This document shows positions 42,753-57,382 of a DNA stretch of 64,000 nt, one piece after another (positions within the stretch are counted from its first letter, which is position 1; the number at the start of each line of letters is the position of its first letter). The notes under the pieces were generated by a model that had not been told where the DNA came from, ran no database searches, and was given only the letters and a program-made list of their open reading frames with translations. The position numbers and the translations under genes are program-made. This stretch comes from Amoeboaphelidium protococcarum X5 (taxonomy: Eukaryota > Fungi > Aphelidiomycota), in assembly GCA_023515725.1 (NCBI GenBank), contig JALDTO010000142.1, positions 1 to 64,000 of the forward strand, written 5' to 3'.

Positions 42753-43616
42753 TCACATTGAGACACTTCTGAATCGTTTACCGCGTCGCTTCTAAGCAGC
42801 AAAGTTATCATCATCATAATTTCCAGTCTGTCGATTAGCTGTATCAGAAGCGCGATGAATGGACATTGCGGATGTGGAATCAACTCGCGTTACATTTGAC
42901 TCAAACTCGGGGGTTGGTAATCGCTGCTCATTAGAGTACACCATCACATCTCTTGACTTTTCGTAAACGTTATTAGGCTGACCCTTGTGAACAATAACAC
43001 GACGGTTAACATTATGTAGATCAAAACACACGTTGAAGCAGATGGAAATCCAGCGATCTTGTTCAGTCAGGCCGTGCCGATCAGATACGATGGAATCAAG
43101 TTTCAGATCCCAATCGAGCAACAACAACATTCCGCGCTTAAAAGTAGCCAGTGAGCGACATGCCACACCAGTTATTGCAGACCAAGTACGCGTGGAGTAC
43201 GCATTGTCATCCAGGAAATCGTTGGCGATCATACACGAAGTGATAAGCACAGTGTTTAGAATCTTGATGCACTCAGTCAGAGATGAGACACAGCCCAGCT
43301 TTATAACGCGAAGAAGCATCGGCACCAGACTCTCACCTTTGTCATTCAGATACGTCTTTATATAACTGCTAGCTAGAATAAAGGCAAAAGTAGGCAGGTC
43401 TGCTCTTCTAAACATGACCTATACGAATGCTTGCATCTGAGCATATTAAGCGCTATTGCAAATGGTAGCCAGTATGGTAGAGCATGCATCACCAAAAGAC
43501 TTTGTTTAGCCGAGGCGATCGTTCAGCATTTCCATCAATGAGGTGTTTAGCATGTCCAGCATGAAGCGACTTTAAGCAGGAGCATTGCGACCAATTGCCT
43601 TGTCGAGCTTGTACAT
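42753..43616 (-). CDS. Pho85-type (Pcl/Clg1-like) cyclin-fold protein
   Basis: VLITSCMIANDFLDDNAYSTRTWSAITG...LLLLDWDL. Extended in table 6 from ATG 43616 to TGA 42753. Confidence 0.75.
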
Positions 43617-44143
43617 ATAGGCATCTGACGGAGATAATGTGCGTGTGGGAGGACCGACGCGACGAATCAATACGCCCTACATTGGTTGACCGTAAGATTA
43701 GTAGACAGCATTTGAAACGGCACCAGTACTTTAACGATTACGCGAGGTTGTTACAAGATCAATCTAATCGCGAATGCCCATCTATTCAGCGGAAATTGTT
43801 TCAGTGATTTGCATCATTCCGAATCAATCAATATCTATTTATTCTAAGTGAATTCTATGAGGATAGGGCGAATAATATAAGGATTTATAAATCTAAAAAG
43901 ATTTAAAATCAAATGACCAAATCTAAATGTATGAAACAAAAGAATAAAAAGAAATCTGGTTGATCCCAGTGTGATATTTATAAGCCGGATCAGTCGGTTA
44001 GAGTTTGATCTGCCACGTCGTTTGTGGCACCCAAGATGCAACGTTCGAATCAGACAGAGTTACAGAGCGCGACAATAACACAATCTCTATTGGCCACAGG
44101 CATCATAATGTTACGGAATCTAATACACAGTTCCCCTCAGAAG

Positions 44144-44833
44144 TCATAGAGGAAGAAAACTTGAGGCTGACCTTTAGAACACAGATGTAACCAAAGACAT
44201 TCTTGTACCACACACGAGACGTCCAATAAACAAGAACACACCAGAGAATTGGACTACAATCAGAAAGACACAGAATATCTGACTCTGGAGTACTAGAGTG
44301 CCGTAGAGCATAAGTAGTATCATCACAGCGTTACCAACCATTCCATAATTTATTCTTTGACTAAAATCACGACCATCTCCAGACGTGTCATAAATGGTAT
44401 CTATCATTGCTCGCCCAAACGTCCTAGATGAACCATAAGCTATTCTCATAAACAAGTATCCGACATACAAGAGAACCATACAAATCACGTACAGAAGCAT
44501 AAACTTACTGGGCCGCAACACAATAAGCGGAATTGACCAGAACATAATCATTGTCATTAATAGTGCACCACCAAAGGACATCAATCCGTAAGTGAGAGCG
44601 TAGGATCGATTCTATACTGAGGACATCCATGAGCCACTACCTCCTCCTCCGCTATTACTGTTCTATGACACGGAATTGACTGCCGGATTAGAATTTAATG
44701 ATATCGAAGGTAAAGAGACATTCTTTAGGAGAGGTACATTAAAGTCTTTGAACTGGAAGCCAGTAGATGATGTTGACGCCTTGGACTAATTCTATTTAAA
44801 CGACGAAAATTCCTTTCTAAAATCAGACTCCAT
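44144..44833 (-). CDS. SFT2: Sft2/Got1-family vesicle transport protein
   Basis: Four TM helices, IVLRPSKFMLLY, C-terminus SSFLPL-TGA. Confidence 0.75.
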
Positions 44834-45009
44834 ATCAAGGTACTTATTAAATCTTATTCTCCACTTCTAATAAATAGTGCAAATGGATTTTTATCAGCAG
44901 CTGACAAATTCAGGGGTGAGGCTTTAACCACTTACTTTGCTTTACAAAGGATAGTCGTTCTCTAATCGTGCCCAATTGACGATCGATAATACAAAGCTAC
45001 GGCGCTGTA

Positions 45010-45795
45010 ATGAGCGATTAGGAATAGAATCAGAACGTATTGAAACTATACAGCTTTCCCAACTGCCCGCGAGAGCCTATTCCGCCGGCATTGTCAAACT
45101 TTGTGGTTAAGGTCGAGACGTATCTGAGAATCAAAGGCGTGAAGTATGAAAAGATAACCAGGATGAGTGAAATGGGAAAGTCCCCGACTGGTAAGCTCCC
45201 GTTCATTGAGTACCAGGGAGAGATTGTGGCTGACTCTGCTCTCATTATCCAATACTTGGAGAAGAAACTGAACTTGGAAACTCCATCATTGTCGTACTCG
45301 GAGCAAGAGTTAGCTATTGGATACTCTTTTAAATCCATGATTGAGGAGTGGATGTACTTTTTGTGCCTGTATTAGAGATGGTAAGATGGTGGAGACTATT
45401 TTTGGGATGTCATGTTCGCCCCCAAGCTATCAATGGTTGTCAGTTATTTCTTCAAATGGTACGTTGTCAGCGGAATGAAGAAGAAACTATATGAGCAGGG
45501 TGTGGGCAGACACTCTTCGGAGTAAGTTTTAAAGTTTATTGAAGAGGCTTTGAGTAATTTGAGCGCGTTTTTGGGCTCAAAAAAGTATCTGTTGGGTGAT
45601 CAGGTTCATCCAGAGTATGACGCGTCCGTTTTTGGTCTACTGGTCAACATGGTGTATGCTTCAGCTCCTCATCAAGAGCAGTTTAGGCAGATTGTTTGGT
45701 CCAAGTCAAATTTGGTAAAGTATGTTGACCGCATGCTGGAAGTTTACTATCCTGAAAAGTTTCAGTTGGTCAAAGATTATCCGTATAAACGTTGA
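45010..45795 (+). CDS. Failed axon connections (FAX)/metaxin-like GST-fold protein
   Basis: SNFVVKVETYLR, SPTGKLPFIEYQGEIVADSALII, GVGRHS, FLGSKKYLLGD, DASVFG. Confidence 0.88.
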
Positions 45796-46021
45796 TTGAT
45801 TACGGTAGTGTTACAGTGAAATGAAATATATTTCGAATTTTTAATTCCATGTGAGATAAAGTTTAAGCGTTTAATTACAATATATCGAGTCAGTGCACAA
45901 TCTTGATCATCAAACTCGGCGAAGAGCGCTGCCAAAACGAGCTTTTCGTGGCTCGACACAGTTAACTCGAGTCCACTAAAAGATTCATCCATAGACATTT
46001 ACTTTACATTGTAACGTAGCC

Positions 46022-46822
46022 ATGAATTTAGATACTCTGTTTATTGTATATTATATTGGAATGACGGCTGCAGCAGTAATAGCTCAGTAGCTTGAAGGAA
46101 TTCGAGATTTAGCGTTAAATTATGGAAAGCACTTAAATGGTGATAGTTCAATGCAAAACAATAGTCTGTATAAGTTGATCAGCGATTTAAAAGTCCCAAA
46201 ATCTTGGTTTATACACTTTTACATTGTTGGAATATTGTGTAATATGGCATGTTTATTATACAGTGGTAATAATAGACCGTCTTTTGTCTAATCACTGTTT
46301 ATGCTGCATCTGGTCAGACGCGTAATGGAATGTTACGCGTTTCAAATTAATAACGGTTAGACATCCTCAGGTCGGAAGTCTCAAATGCTGATTATACATT
46401 ATTTTATTGGTATTTCTTTCTACATGGTCACTTCATTGGTATTCCAGACTAGAAATTAAGGTAGATTTAATGCAACATTTCTGAATTTAATCGCCTTGAT
46501 ACTGTTCACTGGTGGATAGATTATACAATTTTAATCACATGCTCATCTGGCCTCTCTTCAAAAGTATACCGTTCCGATCAAATCCTGGTTTAAATACTCT
46601 TCTAATCCTCACTATCTAGCAGAAATTATGATTTACACTGCATTTTTGCTTTTCTTCCAATTTGATGCGTGTGTCATTGCATGTATGGTCTGGGTGGTGG
46701 TCAATCTTAGTATTCTGGCAGACTCGACTCATCAATTGTACCTGAAGATGTCGAAAAGTTTGGAATCAAGCGAAAAAAATATAGTTCATCATCGCGGTGC
46801 ATTATTTGTGCGGATTAAATGA
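46022..46822 (+). CDS. DFG10: Polyprenol/polyprenal reductase (Dfg10/SRD5A3)
   Basis: YGK, VPKSWFIHFY, HLVRRVMEC, HAHLASL, WFKYSSNPHYLAEIMIY. Confidence 0.88.
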
Positions 46823-46995
46823 GTGAGTGGTTCAGTAAAGACTTTTAGTGATGTGTCGATCGTTTTGAAGCGATGAGTGTTCTACTTTCTCCGAAACTTT
46901 TCCTCTTCTTCTTTCGGCCTTCATTTCATTTCATTTCATTTTCTGACTTCAACTTGTGGTATATTCAACCTTTTAAGTTTTTTGATAGACAGAAA

Positions 46996-49900
46996 ATGGC
47001 GGACACTGATTAGAGAATGAATTCATTGAATAAGGAAGATGATGGTAAGCGGAAGAGAGCATTGGCAGAGGAGTAGGACGACGTGGACATGGATGCTGAG
47101 TAGTCTGATTAGGAGCAGGACGGTGACAGCATCGGCAATGAGGAAGATGATGATCGATTGGGTGATAGCGAGGAGGATAGTGAAGAAGAGGAGGAGGATG
47201 AAGAAGATGAACGCCCAAGCAAGTAAAGGTCCAACAAAAAGGTAAAGAGAAACCAGTTTATCGAAGTGGAGGCTGAGGTTGATGAGAGCGACGACGATGA
47301 TGATTTCTATGATGAGGGTGAAGATTTGGATTTCATTGCTAATGAGGCGAATGAAGCCGAGTAATTGCAGCCATAAATTTACCGCCAGCTAGATAGATAA
47401 AGAGAAGTGCAGGCTGGTGAAGATGAAGATGTTGAAGCTCTGACGCAGCGATATAAGGAGCGCTATGGCCGTGGAGCATATAGAGGTCCATCAGCTGTTT
47501 TCAGAGGTGATTCCAATTATATTCCGCAGTAGTTCTTACAGCCGACGTAGAAGGATCCTAAATTGTGGCTGGTGAAATGTAAGTATGGACGAGAACGTGA
47601 TATTGCCATTAATCTCATGCGTAAAGCTATTGCTTTCGAAGAGAAAGGACATTCACTTAACATCAAGTCTGTGGTTGCGCGCGATAACTTGAAGGGATTT
47701 CTCTATGTTGAGGCTAGATCTATGGGGGATGTGCAGATGGCTGTGGATAAAATGAATAACATCTATGCAAGCAAGATAACACTGGTTCCTCTGAATGAAA
47801 TGACTCAAGTCCTGCAACCAAAGAAACTCAAAGCTGAGCTGCAATTAAATTCTTGGGTGCGTGTCAAGAGAGGCAAGTATAAGGGTGATTTGGCACAGGT
47901 ACTAGATGTTGCAGAGAATTATGCTTCATTGTAAATTAGATTGATTCCGAGATTGGATCTGGCGGCTCAGACGAGTTCGTAAGACAGAAGGAGGGGAGTA
48001 GGAGATGATGCCAAGTAGAAGAGCAGAAGACAGCGTATCTCCTAACGACCTGCCTAGAGATTTTTTAATGTCAATGACGTGTCAACCAATGAGCACCTGG
48101 ATAAACGAGGTGGTATGTATTTATTTAGAGGCGAACAATTTGATCAGAATGGATTCATGATCAAGACTATCAAGATGAATGGCGTGGATACTTAGAATAT
48201 CTCTCCATCGCTGGATGAGATTGCCAAATTTAATTCAGTTTTATCTGATGGGGAGAAGATTGATTTGAATACTGTCAATGATAACGGAGCTGCCGGTCAA
48301 TAAGGCGACGCTGATCGATCGGAGAAGAGTAAGAAGTAATCTGCCGAGTTTGTTGTTGGAGATTTAGTTTACATTGCCGAGGGTGATTTGGTGAATGCTA
48401 AAGGTGTGGTTACTGCTGTGGATAAAGCACAGAATCTGATAACGTTGAAGATGCACAATCTGAATGTCGGCGATGTGGTGATTGAGCCAAGTAAGCTCAT
48501 AAAGACTTTCCATGTTGGTGATCATGTACAGGTGGTGCGCGGCAAGTACAAAGATCATTCGGGTATGGTGACTTAAGTGAATGGAAATATCGCCAGTATA
48601 TTCTCTGATCTTACCAAAACGTAGTATGAGGTGTTTATGAAAGATTTGTAAAGCGCTGTGGTGGATAGCATTGTTGGTGAGAAGGATTCCATATACAAGG
48701 TTCATGATTTCGTTCAACTGGGTATCAGTAATGTGGGCGTTATTGTGAAGGTGGAGAATGGCTTATTTAGAGTTCTTGATTAGAATGGAATTTTGAAGAC
48801 GGTGAAGGCTCAGGAAATAACTAGCAAGAAGGATACTAAATTGGCAACTGCTCTTGATGCTTAGAACAACAGTCTTAAAGTTGGTAACATTGTCAATGTG
48901 CTCAGCGGTGAACATGGTGGAATGAAAGCCACTGTATTGCATGTCTATCGCAATTGGGTATTCCTTTTGAATAATAAACAGTTTCATGATACAAGTGGTG
49001 TATTTGTGGTTAGATCTAGAGTTGTACAGCTGCTTGGCCGTACTAATGCTGGTGTGTATGATAATCTGTAATAGCCTCAAATGGCACCACCCACTTAGAT
49101 GCGCCCTCAGGCTCGTATTGGTCAAGGAGTTCCACGAGAGACTGCCAATCTTCTACACAAGACTATAACAATTACACAAGGCCCGTACAAAGGATATCAG
49201 GGAAGTGTTAAGACTGTTAGTGAGAAAGGGTGTAGAATTGAGCTTAACTCTAATGGCAAGGTTGTGAATGTTCCCCATACCGCAGTCATGCTATATGGAT
49301 CACTGAATAAGAATGGTTCTATGTCACAGTCATAGTCTTCATCTGGTGGAGATAACTTTAGCAGAAGAGCAGCCGGTGCTCAGACTCCAATGGGAGGATC
49401 CAAGACGCCTAACGTGTACAGTGGCTCTCAGACACCTAATGTTATGAGCGGAGCTGATGGTATGAAAACTCCAGCGTGGGATGCAGCAGCCAAGACCCCG
49501 ATGGTCTACTCTGGAATGGCCTCACAACCACAATAGTTAGCGTCTGGCTCGTAGTAGGATGCGGATTTTGGAAGATAATTTGCTGCAACTCCGAAAGATT
49601 ATCGTAATCAGGTTGCCACTCCTAACATATAACGCCCTGTTGACGACTATACTGCTGATTAGACGACATCTTCATAGAACACCATCAACAATTATAACAA
49701 TGCCGCTGATGGTTATGGTAACTAGTAGCAGACAGAAAACGGAGCATATTCTTACTTAGAAGGTGCGTGGCTTATTGAGAATATCATTGTCACTTATAAC
49801 GGCGCAGAAGGTTGGATAAAATCTGTAATTGATGGCGGTCAGACGGGTATATTTTGCGATTCTCAGACAGAAAAAGATGTTCAAGTCAATTCTAGCCAAG

Positions 49901-50070
49901 TGGTGCCTGTACCGCCTGTTAAGAAGGATCTATGTGTCTTTGTGGATTCAGATTTAAAAGGAACCAAGGGAACCATTATGGGATTCGACGATGATGAAGC
50001 TATTGTATCAGATGATCTTGACAATTGGCACATGGGATCTGTAAAGCACTTATGCAAATTGAAAGCTTGA
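46996..50070 (+). CDS. SPT5: Transcription elongation factor Spt5
   Basis: Acidic N-terminus, NGN domain (DPKLWLVKCKYGRER...KGFLYVEA), KOW motifs (WVRVKRGKYKGDLAQV, ITQGPYKG), CTR-like KTP repeats. 1024 aa. Confidence 0.96.
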
Positions 50071-50187
50071 ATTGTATTAGCAATAATAGTACGGATTATA
50101 TATTTCTAGTTTGATTTTTAATCGTGGACATATAAAACTAGATCTTAAGCATCCTAATTGACAATTCTTCCAGCTAAAAAATTTGCA

Positions 50188-51771
50188 TCAGCTATATTAA
50201 CTAACTTGACGAACACTTTGTACTTTCATCTCAAGAGAATAAGTATCCAAATCCCTGATACGCTGTAATAGGAGACAGAAATAACCCGTGCTTGGATTGC
50301 CCGGTTACTTTTTTTACTGCTCAAGGCAGTGTCTGATCTAACCGCCAAGACTTTACATGTTAAGTTTTGACACTGTTAAATCATAATTTTTTTCTGACAA
50401 CTTGTACTTCAGCTATGCAACTAAGCTGTTATCAAACTCACCTTACTATACGCGTTATTCAAAATTTGTAGTGATATCGCTAATAGAACTCTACTTCTAG
50501 AAATCGATAAAAACATCAGCAAGCAACTCGAATCGCCTCGCGTAACTCAGACACTAGAACACTCCATCACCGATCCATTCAAAGGGGATGTTCTTTTATT
50601 CAGCCAAAAGGATTTGACGTTAGAAGGAAAGCTCGTCATACACAGCGCCACTACCAAAGAAAGGATCAAAGGTTGCCAGCAACTTATCTTTTGACATGGT
50701 ATTGTAAATCTCTCCTAAAAACTTGTAACTGTATATGGAAAGCTTTTAATCTTTTACCAGCATATCAAATCCACTCCTGACATAATTAGGGACATCCGAA
50801 CTAGCCATACGAGCAGTGATAGCGGCCATGAAGATTGTTCTCTACGACGCTTACAACTTCTACGACTACTACTAATAAGGAATATACGACTTGAAAGACC
50901 AATAAATCTGAGCGACCGAGGAGGTCAACTCCATCACAAGCTAAATTTTATTCTTCTAATCTTCATCGGATATAAATTTACAGAATACCGTCATCACATC
51001 CGACATTGTACTGCGCGTTGCCGGTAGTAAAAGGTCATGGAAGAGCTGATACGCGAAATCGTTCTTTAATTCATAAGTGGCATATAAGTAAGTTCTTGCT
51101 AATGCCGCTACAAATGGTTTATAACGGGAGGATTTTAAATAATTCAGCACAGCCACGGCATAATGGGCATCCTACAAGTCACTTACCAGAAAAGCGGGAA
51201 GCTAATTTATAATGCAAACAGAGGGAAGTAAGTCCAGCAAATCAGAAGAATATAGAATCTAAGCGCCAAGATTTACCTATATTCTATCTTAACCTGAAGC
51301 CAGTTGAGTCAAAATCATAACTAATACTTGTCCAGTGCTACCGTCTTCAGGTGAATTTAAAGCATCCGGCTGATTTACATACTTGATAGTTGATATGCTA
51401 AAGTCAAGCAGACTTTACATAAGCTCATTATAAAAAGGAAATAGGCAAAGTACATAGTCAGCGACATTGATCTATCTTGCCAGCGCAGCTGCAAGAGACT
51501 TTACGAATTGAGATATGTCTAATCTATACCTTGGTACTCCAAAATTGGTGGCAGCATAATTGTTATTAATCTAATCACTGCGCTCCATTTCAAAGGAAAC
51601 CATATCTTCTATAAATGACTGGCATTATCGGCGTTAATCAGCAACGCTGTACAGAAGATTGTAGCTGTCTACAGCATTAAGTCCTTTACGCGTTGACATT
51701 ATCTAAGACCAGCTCTCACATACCACAGCAGGCAATAGAAACGACGCGACAACAAAGCAAAATAATATCAT
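50188..51771 (-). CDS. Secreted orphan protein, family A copy 1
   Basis: MILFCFVVASFLLPAVVC then ESWSQIMSTRKGLNA. 527 aa. Colinear paralog of 52556-54136. Confidence 0.8.
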
Positions 51772-52555
51772 TATGGTATCAGAATATATAAAAATAAAAT
51801 TGATATATCTAACAAATTACTTTATATCAGGCTATGCCTTAAATCAGGTACAAAAGTGGGGGCAAATTGTGGGGCGCCAATGACAGGCCTCTAGTGCTAG
51901 ATTAGACTCTCGATCAGGGCAAATCCACAGATCGATTGATTGGAGCTCCGAGTCACGAGAATTTTCAGTGAAATTACCATTAAACACTAGACCAATTTAA
52001 TTCGAACAGGCTTTGATACTACCAAGTAGGCCGACAAGAGGTAATATAAGTAATTGATTGACTCCGATTGGACCTTTGAGAGCGTGTTGAGATATTGCAG
52101 CTTCGATCACTCATAATCTCCGTATTTTTTCGAAGCACCAATGAACGAGTTGAGTCGGTATGAAGCATGGATTGGTCTGCGTGAAAAGGGAATCCAAATG
52201 TGGTTAAACTACCGCAAATAAGCCGTATAAAATTTTTAAACAGAATGGGAATCTAATCGTGTTAAATTGTACCATAGAATGCAATTTGAGTGCCATGGGG
52301 AAATGCTTTTTTAAGAAATCTATGCTTAGGATCTGAAACAAGTCGCTCAAAGAGTAAGTGCTATACCACCGACTAACTTTATAGCAAACTCAATTCCGTA
52401 CGCGTTACTCACTCCTCATGAAATCGTCACAAACTAAATATCTAATTAATCATGTTCTATTATTCTATCTCGAATGATTAGGATGCGAGATTAGCACTCA
52501 CAACTTTACCACATCTATTAAAATCTGTCAGATTTGTATTATTCTATCGACTCCA

Positions 52556-54136
52556 TCAAATCTCATCGTCCATTACTTTTCGTTTTAATTATTTTTGGGG
52601 AATCTCTGTAGCACTTTCCAAATCAAGCTCCAAATACTAGATACGCTTCAGCAGTAGGCAGTAATAGGATGTGTGTGTATTGCTAGATTCCTTCTTTTCT
52701 TCTTAGAGACACTATCTAATCAAACGGCCAATCTTGGACATGTTACGACGGTGTTCATTCCCGTCTCCACTTGTGAACGATAGTCTTTTCGTAAGCAAAT
52801 CGACCAGAGTGTTGTCATAGTCACCCAAATCTAAGCGAGTTTCAAAGTTATCAGTAACATCACTCATTGCAACGTACTGGCTGAAATTAGTATACGCGTC
52901 AGCAAGCAATTCAAAGCGCTCAGAGCAACTTAAACGCGTAAAAACTTCATCATTGATCCATTCATAAGGGATATTCATCGTCTTAGCCAGAAGGACTTGA
53001 CGATCAACTGGTAGATCGTCAAACACCGCGCCACCACCAAATAATGGATCAAATGTAGCCAATAGCTTATCCGATGGCATTGTCGAGTATATGTCACCTA
53101 GAAATTTGTAATTATATATACTAAGCTTTTAATCACTCGCCAACAACTAGAAACCACGCCGGACGTACTCGGGAACTTTATCACTGTACATATGAGCGCT
53201 AATAATTGCTAGCTATTACCACTACTACCACTGCTATTATTAGGGAGCATATACTTTGAACTACCAGAAAAGCGAAGCCACTGAAGACGTCAACTCCATT
53301 ACAGTTTACATTTTGTGCTTATCGTCTTCAATGGATATGAATTTGCAGTAAATTGTCATCAGATCAGACAGAGTACTTGGCGTAGCGGATAGTATAAGCT
53401 CAGTGAACAGCTGATACGCGAATTGCTCCTTTTAATAATACGTGGCCTAGAAGTGAGTTCTCGCTGATGTCGCGACAAATACTTTATAACGGGAGGATTT
53501 CAAATGTGTGAGCAGAGCCACGGCATATTTTACTTCTTAAATTTAATTCACAAAGAGAGCAGGGAGCTCGTTAATAACCCATGAGGATGTGAGTTAGTCT
53601 ACCAAGTCTGGAGAATAAAGCAGCTCATTGCCTAAATACAACTGTAATATATCTTGTCCAGCAGCCATTTGAGTCATAATCATTGATACAATATGATCAA
53701 TACTCGTATACTCTCGTGAATTTAAATCATACGCTTGATTAACATATTTGATAGATACGATATGAATCTGATGTCGACTATACATTAATTCATTAAAAAA
53801 AGGGAGCAGACAATTCACATAGTCAACGACGTTGAATTATCTCTCCAACGCAGCAGCAAGAGACTTAACGAATGGAGACACGTCTAACGTATAACTCGCT
53901 TCACCTATGCTGGTCGCTTATTAGTTGTCATCCACTTATTCACTACTCACTACTTCAAAATAAACCATATCTTCTATAAATGACTGGCATTATCGGCGTT
54001 AATCAGCATCACTGAACAAGTGCTTGTAGCTGTCTGCAGCATTTAATCCTTTACGCGTTGACATCATCTGAGACCAGCTCTCACATATCACCATGGGCAA
54101 TAATAACGACGCGACACCAAAGCAAAATATTATCAT
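52556..54136 (-). CDS. Secreted orphan protein, family A copy 2
   Basis: MIIFCFGVASLLLPMVIC then ESWSQMMSTRKGLNA. 526 aa. Shares KSSRYK and DKLLATFDP.FG.GAV.D.L with copy 1. Confidence 0.8.
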
Positions 54137-54620
54137 TACGGTATCAGAATAAATGAGAATAGAATATCCAATTTATCAAAATCTAACGGGTGAAAAAAAT
54201 GATGGACAATTGAGGGGCAGCATTGCATGATAAAAATCACAAAACCAAATTTCATAAAAATCAACATGATCGACGCTACTCCCACAAATCAAACTTGATA
54301 GGGGCTCCAAATCGCAAGAACTTAAAGTTCTCATTTATGTTCAAATGAATAGTGACCTGCAATTCGTTATTCTGTACCAGGGAAGAAGATAAGAGTCCCT
54401 TGATTAATGGAGATCTTCAGATAGATGGGAGCTTCGGTAAAAAATACCAGCATATGATATCATAGATTATGACGAAATTGCTAAGCAATCCACGGCTTCC
54501 CATTTAACAATGCTCCAAAACAAGAAACCACCGTTTCAACGTTCAATCGTAAGGTGAAAATCAATCTAAGACCTCAAAAGTCGTCGATATGAAATAAAGT
54601 GATAATGTAAAAAAACCAAT

Positions 54621-56360
54621 TCATTGATATATTTATTCTAGCAATTGAGCAAATTCAGGACTGTTAAAGTCATCATCAACCATATCAGCTTCAATAAAAT
54701 AAGGATCAAAGGTTAAATCCTAATTGTACGCGAATTGTTATGGTATTTCATACTGTGTTATACCATCAGGCTCCAGTTATACACCAGCCTGCGCTTCCAC
54801 CTGCCAATTCGCATCATTTACGAAGTCTGTCAATTAAGATGCGCCATTGTCATTCTAAAGAATCATCTAACGAAAACGACTACCACCGTAAAGAATCAGA
54901 ATTCGTTTGAACAGGATGTAATACGCCCAGAGTTCAAGATAGTCATTAGCCACAAAAGTATTGAATATGTAATCAAGAAATTCGTGTTCCTACCATATAA
55001 GATCTAATTATACCGCGCCAGTTGAATCGCAATACCTATTATAAAGTTTATCAGCGTAGATATCAATTGCAGGTATGCTATCAGCATCTAAAGTAGCGTG
55101 TTGATATGCCATTACAATATCTAGCGCCTTACTCAGTGGAGATTCATCTTTCTTGACACCTAAAATCAAGCCTAGTCGCGTCAGATGCGACATTGAAAAG
55201 AACTCTATAGCGCTTATATACTCCAATGGAACCATAAAGTTTGCTATCAACGCCAATTTAGAACTCTCTTATAGTCCCGAGTAGATTATCCCATTATATG
55301 GTAGAGTATCAAAATACTGAACCACGTCAGCTTCAGTCATTACCTAAACTACACGCTGAACCTAATCAACAGAATACTATCCATGGCGCATCTCCCGACT
55401 CTATAGCAATTCTTCATATAATAGCATTGCATATGGCGGAAGCTCATGTTCTTTGATTAAACGACTAATCAGATCAGAAGTTGATCCATAGAATTGGCTA
55501 TAAATCAGGATGGTATTCATCTCAGCCAAGACTGTGATTTCAGAGCATAGCTCACTGAAGTCGTCGAATTATGGTAGAGACCTCTTCAAGTTAGCCACAG
55601 CTCTAAAAACTACTTGATATTCAAAAAGGGAGTTTCCATGGATATAATTCTTGACAATATCCCAAGCTCTCTACAAGTTACCATCGCGAATGGAATGGAT
55701 GACCACATCAGCAATTATATCATGAGCGAAGTCTTGATGCGATTATAACATTGCTCCTATTACAGAAAATTAATGGCTCTTGCTCTTGATTTGAGACACA
55801 GCACGAGTGAGATACTGCAATATCACAGGCGAAGGTTAAATCTTAATAGCAGAGTCTACTGCGCTTTAAACGCGAACACGAGTCCTCTTACTCTTACCTT
55901 CCGCTAGAATTGGGAACAGCACGTCCGTTATGATCTCAATCACTACTTTATATACAGAATTAGCGGCTTCTGCTTAAGAATTAGTCATCTAATCTTGGTC
56001 AATCCACTTAAAGCCACTTAATTCAAAAGGCCAATCATGCTATAAGAGGAAAGTCAGACATTCATTAACAATACGCGTGTGCGGTTCAACATCAGTATAC
56101 TCGTCTGTGCTTTACTCTTAAACGATCTTGGTTACGTCTAGTTAATAATTAGGTAATAACGTGCCTTGAATTTGAGTTATCGGACTAAAATTAATATCTA
56201 CATTCAGAATGGTAGAGCATCGGTACATCATATCCTTGCCAGACGCGTCCAAGCCATATACACTGTCATGATATCTGTGAGCCGGATAAAGGCTGGACAA
56301 AACATTGTGAAAACTTACTGCTTGCACAGATACCAAGAATAATGGAACCAGCAGCATCAT
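54621..56360 (-). CDS. Secreted orphan helical protein, family B copy 1
   Basis: MMLLVPLFLVSVQA signal peptide. 579 aa. Shares YIHGN, YFDTLPY, YL.LWAY.IL.KRIL and the acidic tail with 62981-64000. Confidence 0.8.
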
Positions 56361-56963
56361 CTCAAGTATCAGATAAAAGTAACGCGTTCAAAAAGTTATG
56401 ATAGCTGGTAAAAGCATTTCATTCATATGTCGGTAAGTTCAAAAAAATTCAAGATCATACCCCTTGAACCGATGCATGCTTCAAAGTAGCTTTCACTTTG
56501 AAGCACTTGGATACTCCAGACATATGTGTGTATATGTTAATATTAATAATGCTTGCTATGTTAACAACGACTCATTGTGTTATCCATTGTGAATCAATTT
56601 CGAGCATATAACACCACTTCACGACCATTACATCACAAAGTACCGTAGTGGGAAAAAATCTGTTTCATCGCACGAACAAGTATAATAAGACTCTTAAAGA
56701 TTATATATATTTCTATAATATTTCTAATTGATGTTAAAATTCAACTGATATCGCGAAACTTGCTGTCAGCTGGAGCCAGAAGTGCCATTACGTTTTTACC
56801 GTTTCTGGTAAGGACGTGCTCGCTTTTTGGATTCAGCAGCAGTCTACACTACTCGCGAATGAGGCATTGGCATGGCATATTGCGGTACGAACTGCGCTCC
56901 AGTAGTCAGTACCGGAAATCCAGAATCATACGAAATCGTAGTATCACCCATAAGATTATATTA

Positions 56964-57203
56964 CCGCTGTTGCCTACTATAGAAAGGATCAGCCAGCATC
57001 GACTATTAGTCGGAATGATCTTGATGTGATGAAGCAGTATTTCCTGTAGTCACTACACGGCTTTTGAAAGGTAAACCATCCATCTGCTGTTGCCCACTGT
57101 AGAGAGGATCACTCTGCATTGACTAAAGGTTGGAATTATCTTGATGTGATGAAGCAGTATTTCCTGTAGTCACCACACGTCTTGTATAAGGTATGCCATC
57201 CAT
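56964..57203. repeat. Intragenic 120-bp (40-aa) tandem duplication, 2 diverged copies
   Basis: ATCTTGATGTGATGAAGCAGTATTTCCTGTAGTCAC occurs at about 57018 and 57138. The paralog has one copy. Confidence 0.9.
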
Positions 57204-57382
57204 CATGCTAATATCACCGATCATTTCAGGTTGAATAGGTGGTGCTGAATTCACAACTAACTCGTTCTTTCCAACTGAATTAACTTAATCTTGATCTTGA
57301 TAAAGTAGATTTTACAATCTGCCTAATAGGGTACAATAAGCTTTCGCGTCCTGACTTAGCGCTATATTAATCTTCCGGCAAT

